The notes under the pieces are model-generated. The model did not search any database. It saw only the letters and a program-made list of their open reading frames with translations, and was not told the DNA's origin. A program made the translations under genes and the position numbers. Shown piece after piece: positions 34,345-34,670 of a stretch of DNA of 34,670 nt (position 1 is the stretch's first letter; each line of letters starts with the position of its first letter). The stretch comes from Phoronis australis (taxonomy: Eukaryota; Animalia; Phoronida). The stretch lies in NCBI GenBank assembly GCA_002633005.1, contig NMRA01000009.1, positions 391,061 to 425,730 on the forward strand. The letters are read 5' to 3'.

Positions 34345-34670
34345 AGGCGAAGGCAACATTTTTCCATGTCATTTTGAGCTAAAATAAGGTTGGTTTGTTA
34401 TCCTAGACATATTTTCCACTTAATTACAGCTTTTCGTAATATTATAAATTACTCGTCCGCTACTCCGGAAGTGACGTTTTAGGAGGCAAGCGTTTCCCGC
34501 CACTTGGTTTTGCGTTGACTTTACCGTGCGAATCTGTTCTATTCTACTTTTGTTTTGTGCTGTTTTTCAACAATTTTCGCCACCACTTTCCATCGGCGAG
34601 TATTCTGCGGCAAGATAGGTTAGTAGAGAACTCAACTACGTTGGATTTAGGGATTGTTTAGTGTGTTGTA
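34345..34670. mobile_element. Left end of another Kolobok family member, running off the window
   Basis: TTAA|aggcgaaggcaac... aligns with 17485 onward for ~170 bp, then diverges. Confidence 0.85.

Noticed and set aside
8697-34345. Composite Kolobok transposon carrying the discoidin gene
   Set aside because: The ends at 8697 and 34345 belong to elements extending away from the gene, the wrong orientation to bracket it. TTAA is a fixed target, so matching flanks are uninformative.

Overview
AT-rich eukaryotic DNA, probably from a marine invertebrate (inferred from the repeat families; species not identifiable). One host gene can be reconstructed on the + strand. It has 7 phase-compatible coding exons (10304..25933) encoding a ~420-aa predicted secreted protein: signal peptide, coiled coil, then two F5/8 type C (discoidin) domains. 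The last exon is tentative. Most of the rest is transposable-element debris: (1) a full-length but decayed Mag-like Ty3/Gypsy LTR retrotransposon with ~120-bp LTRs, a 5-bp TSD and a tRNA-Ser-like PBS in intron 3; (2) four THAP/TTAA Kolobok-like pieces, one a fold-back derivative whose ~300-bp inverted repeats include the start of the transposase gene; (3) an internally deleted PIF/Harbinger (MADF and transposase stumps joined tail-to-tail) containing a hAT remnant next to an assembly N; (4) RTE and L1/Tx1 LINE 3' ends; (5) a Helentron/HINE-like element carrying a higher-order satellite with CTCF-like motifs; (6) small MITEs and mini/microsatellites. I cannot establish a new biological system from sequence alone. 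The best leads are the coiled-coil plus tandem-discoidin protein, the fold-back Kolobok in its intron, and the open-frame Harbinger deletion derivative. All family assignments come from motif recognition by eye, not from database searches.
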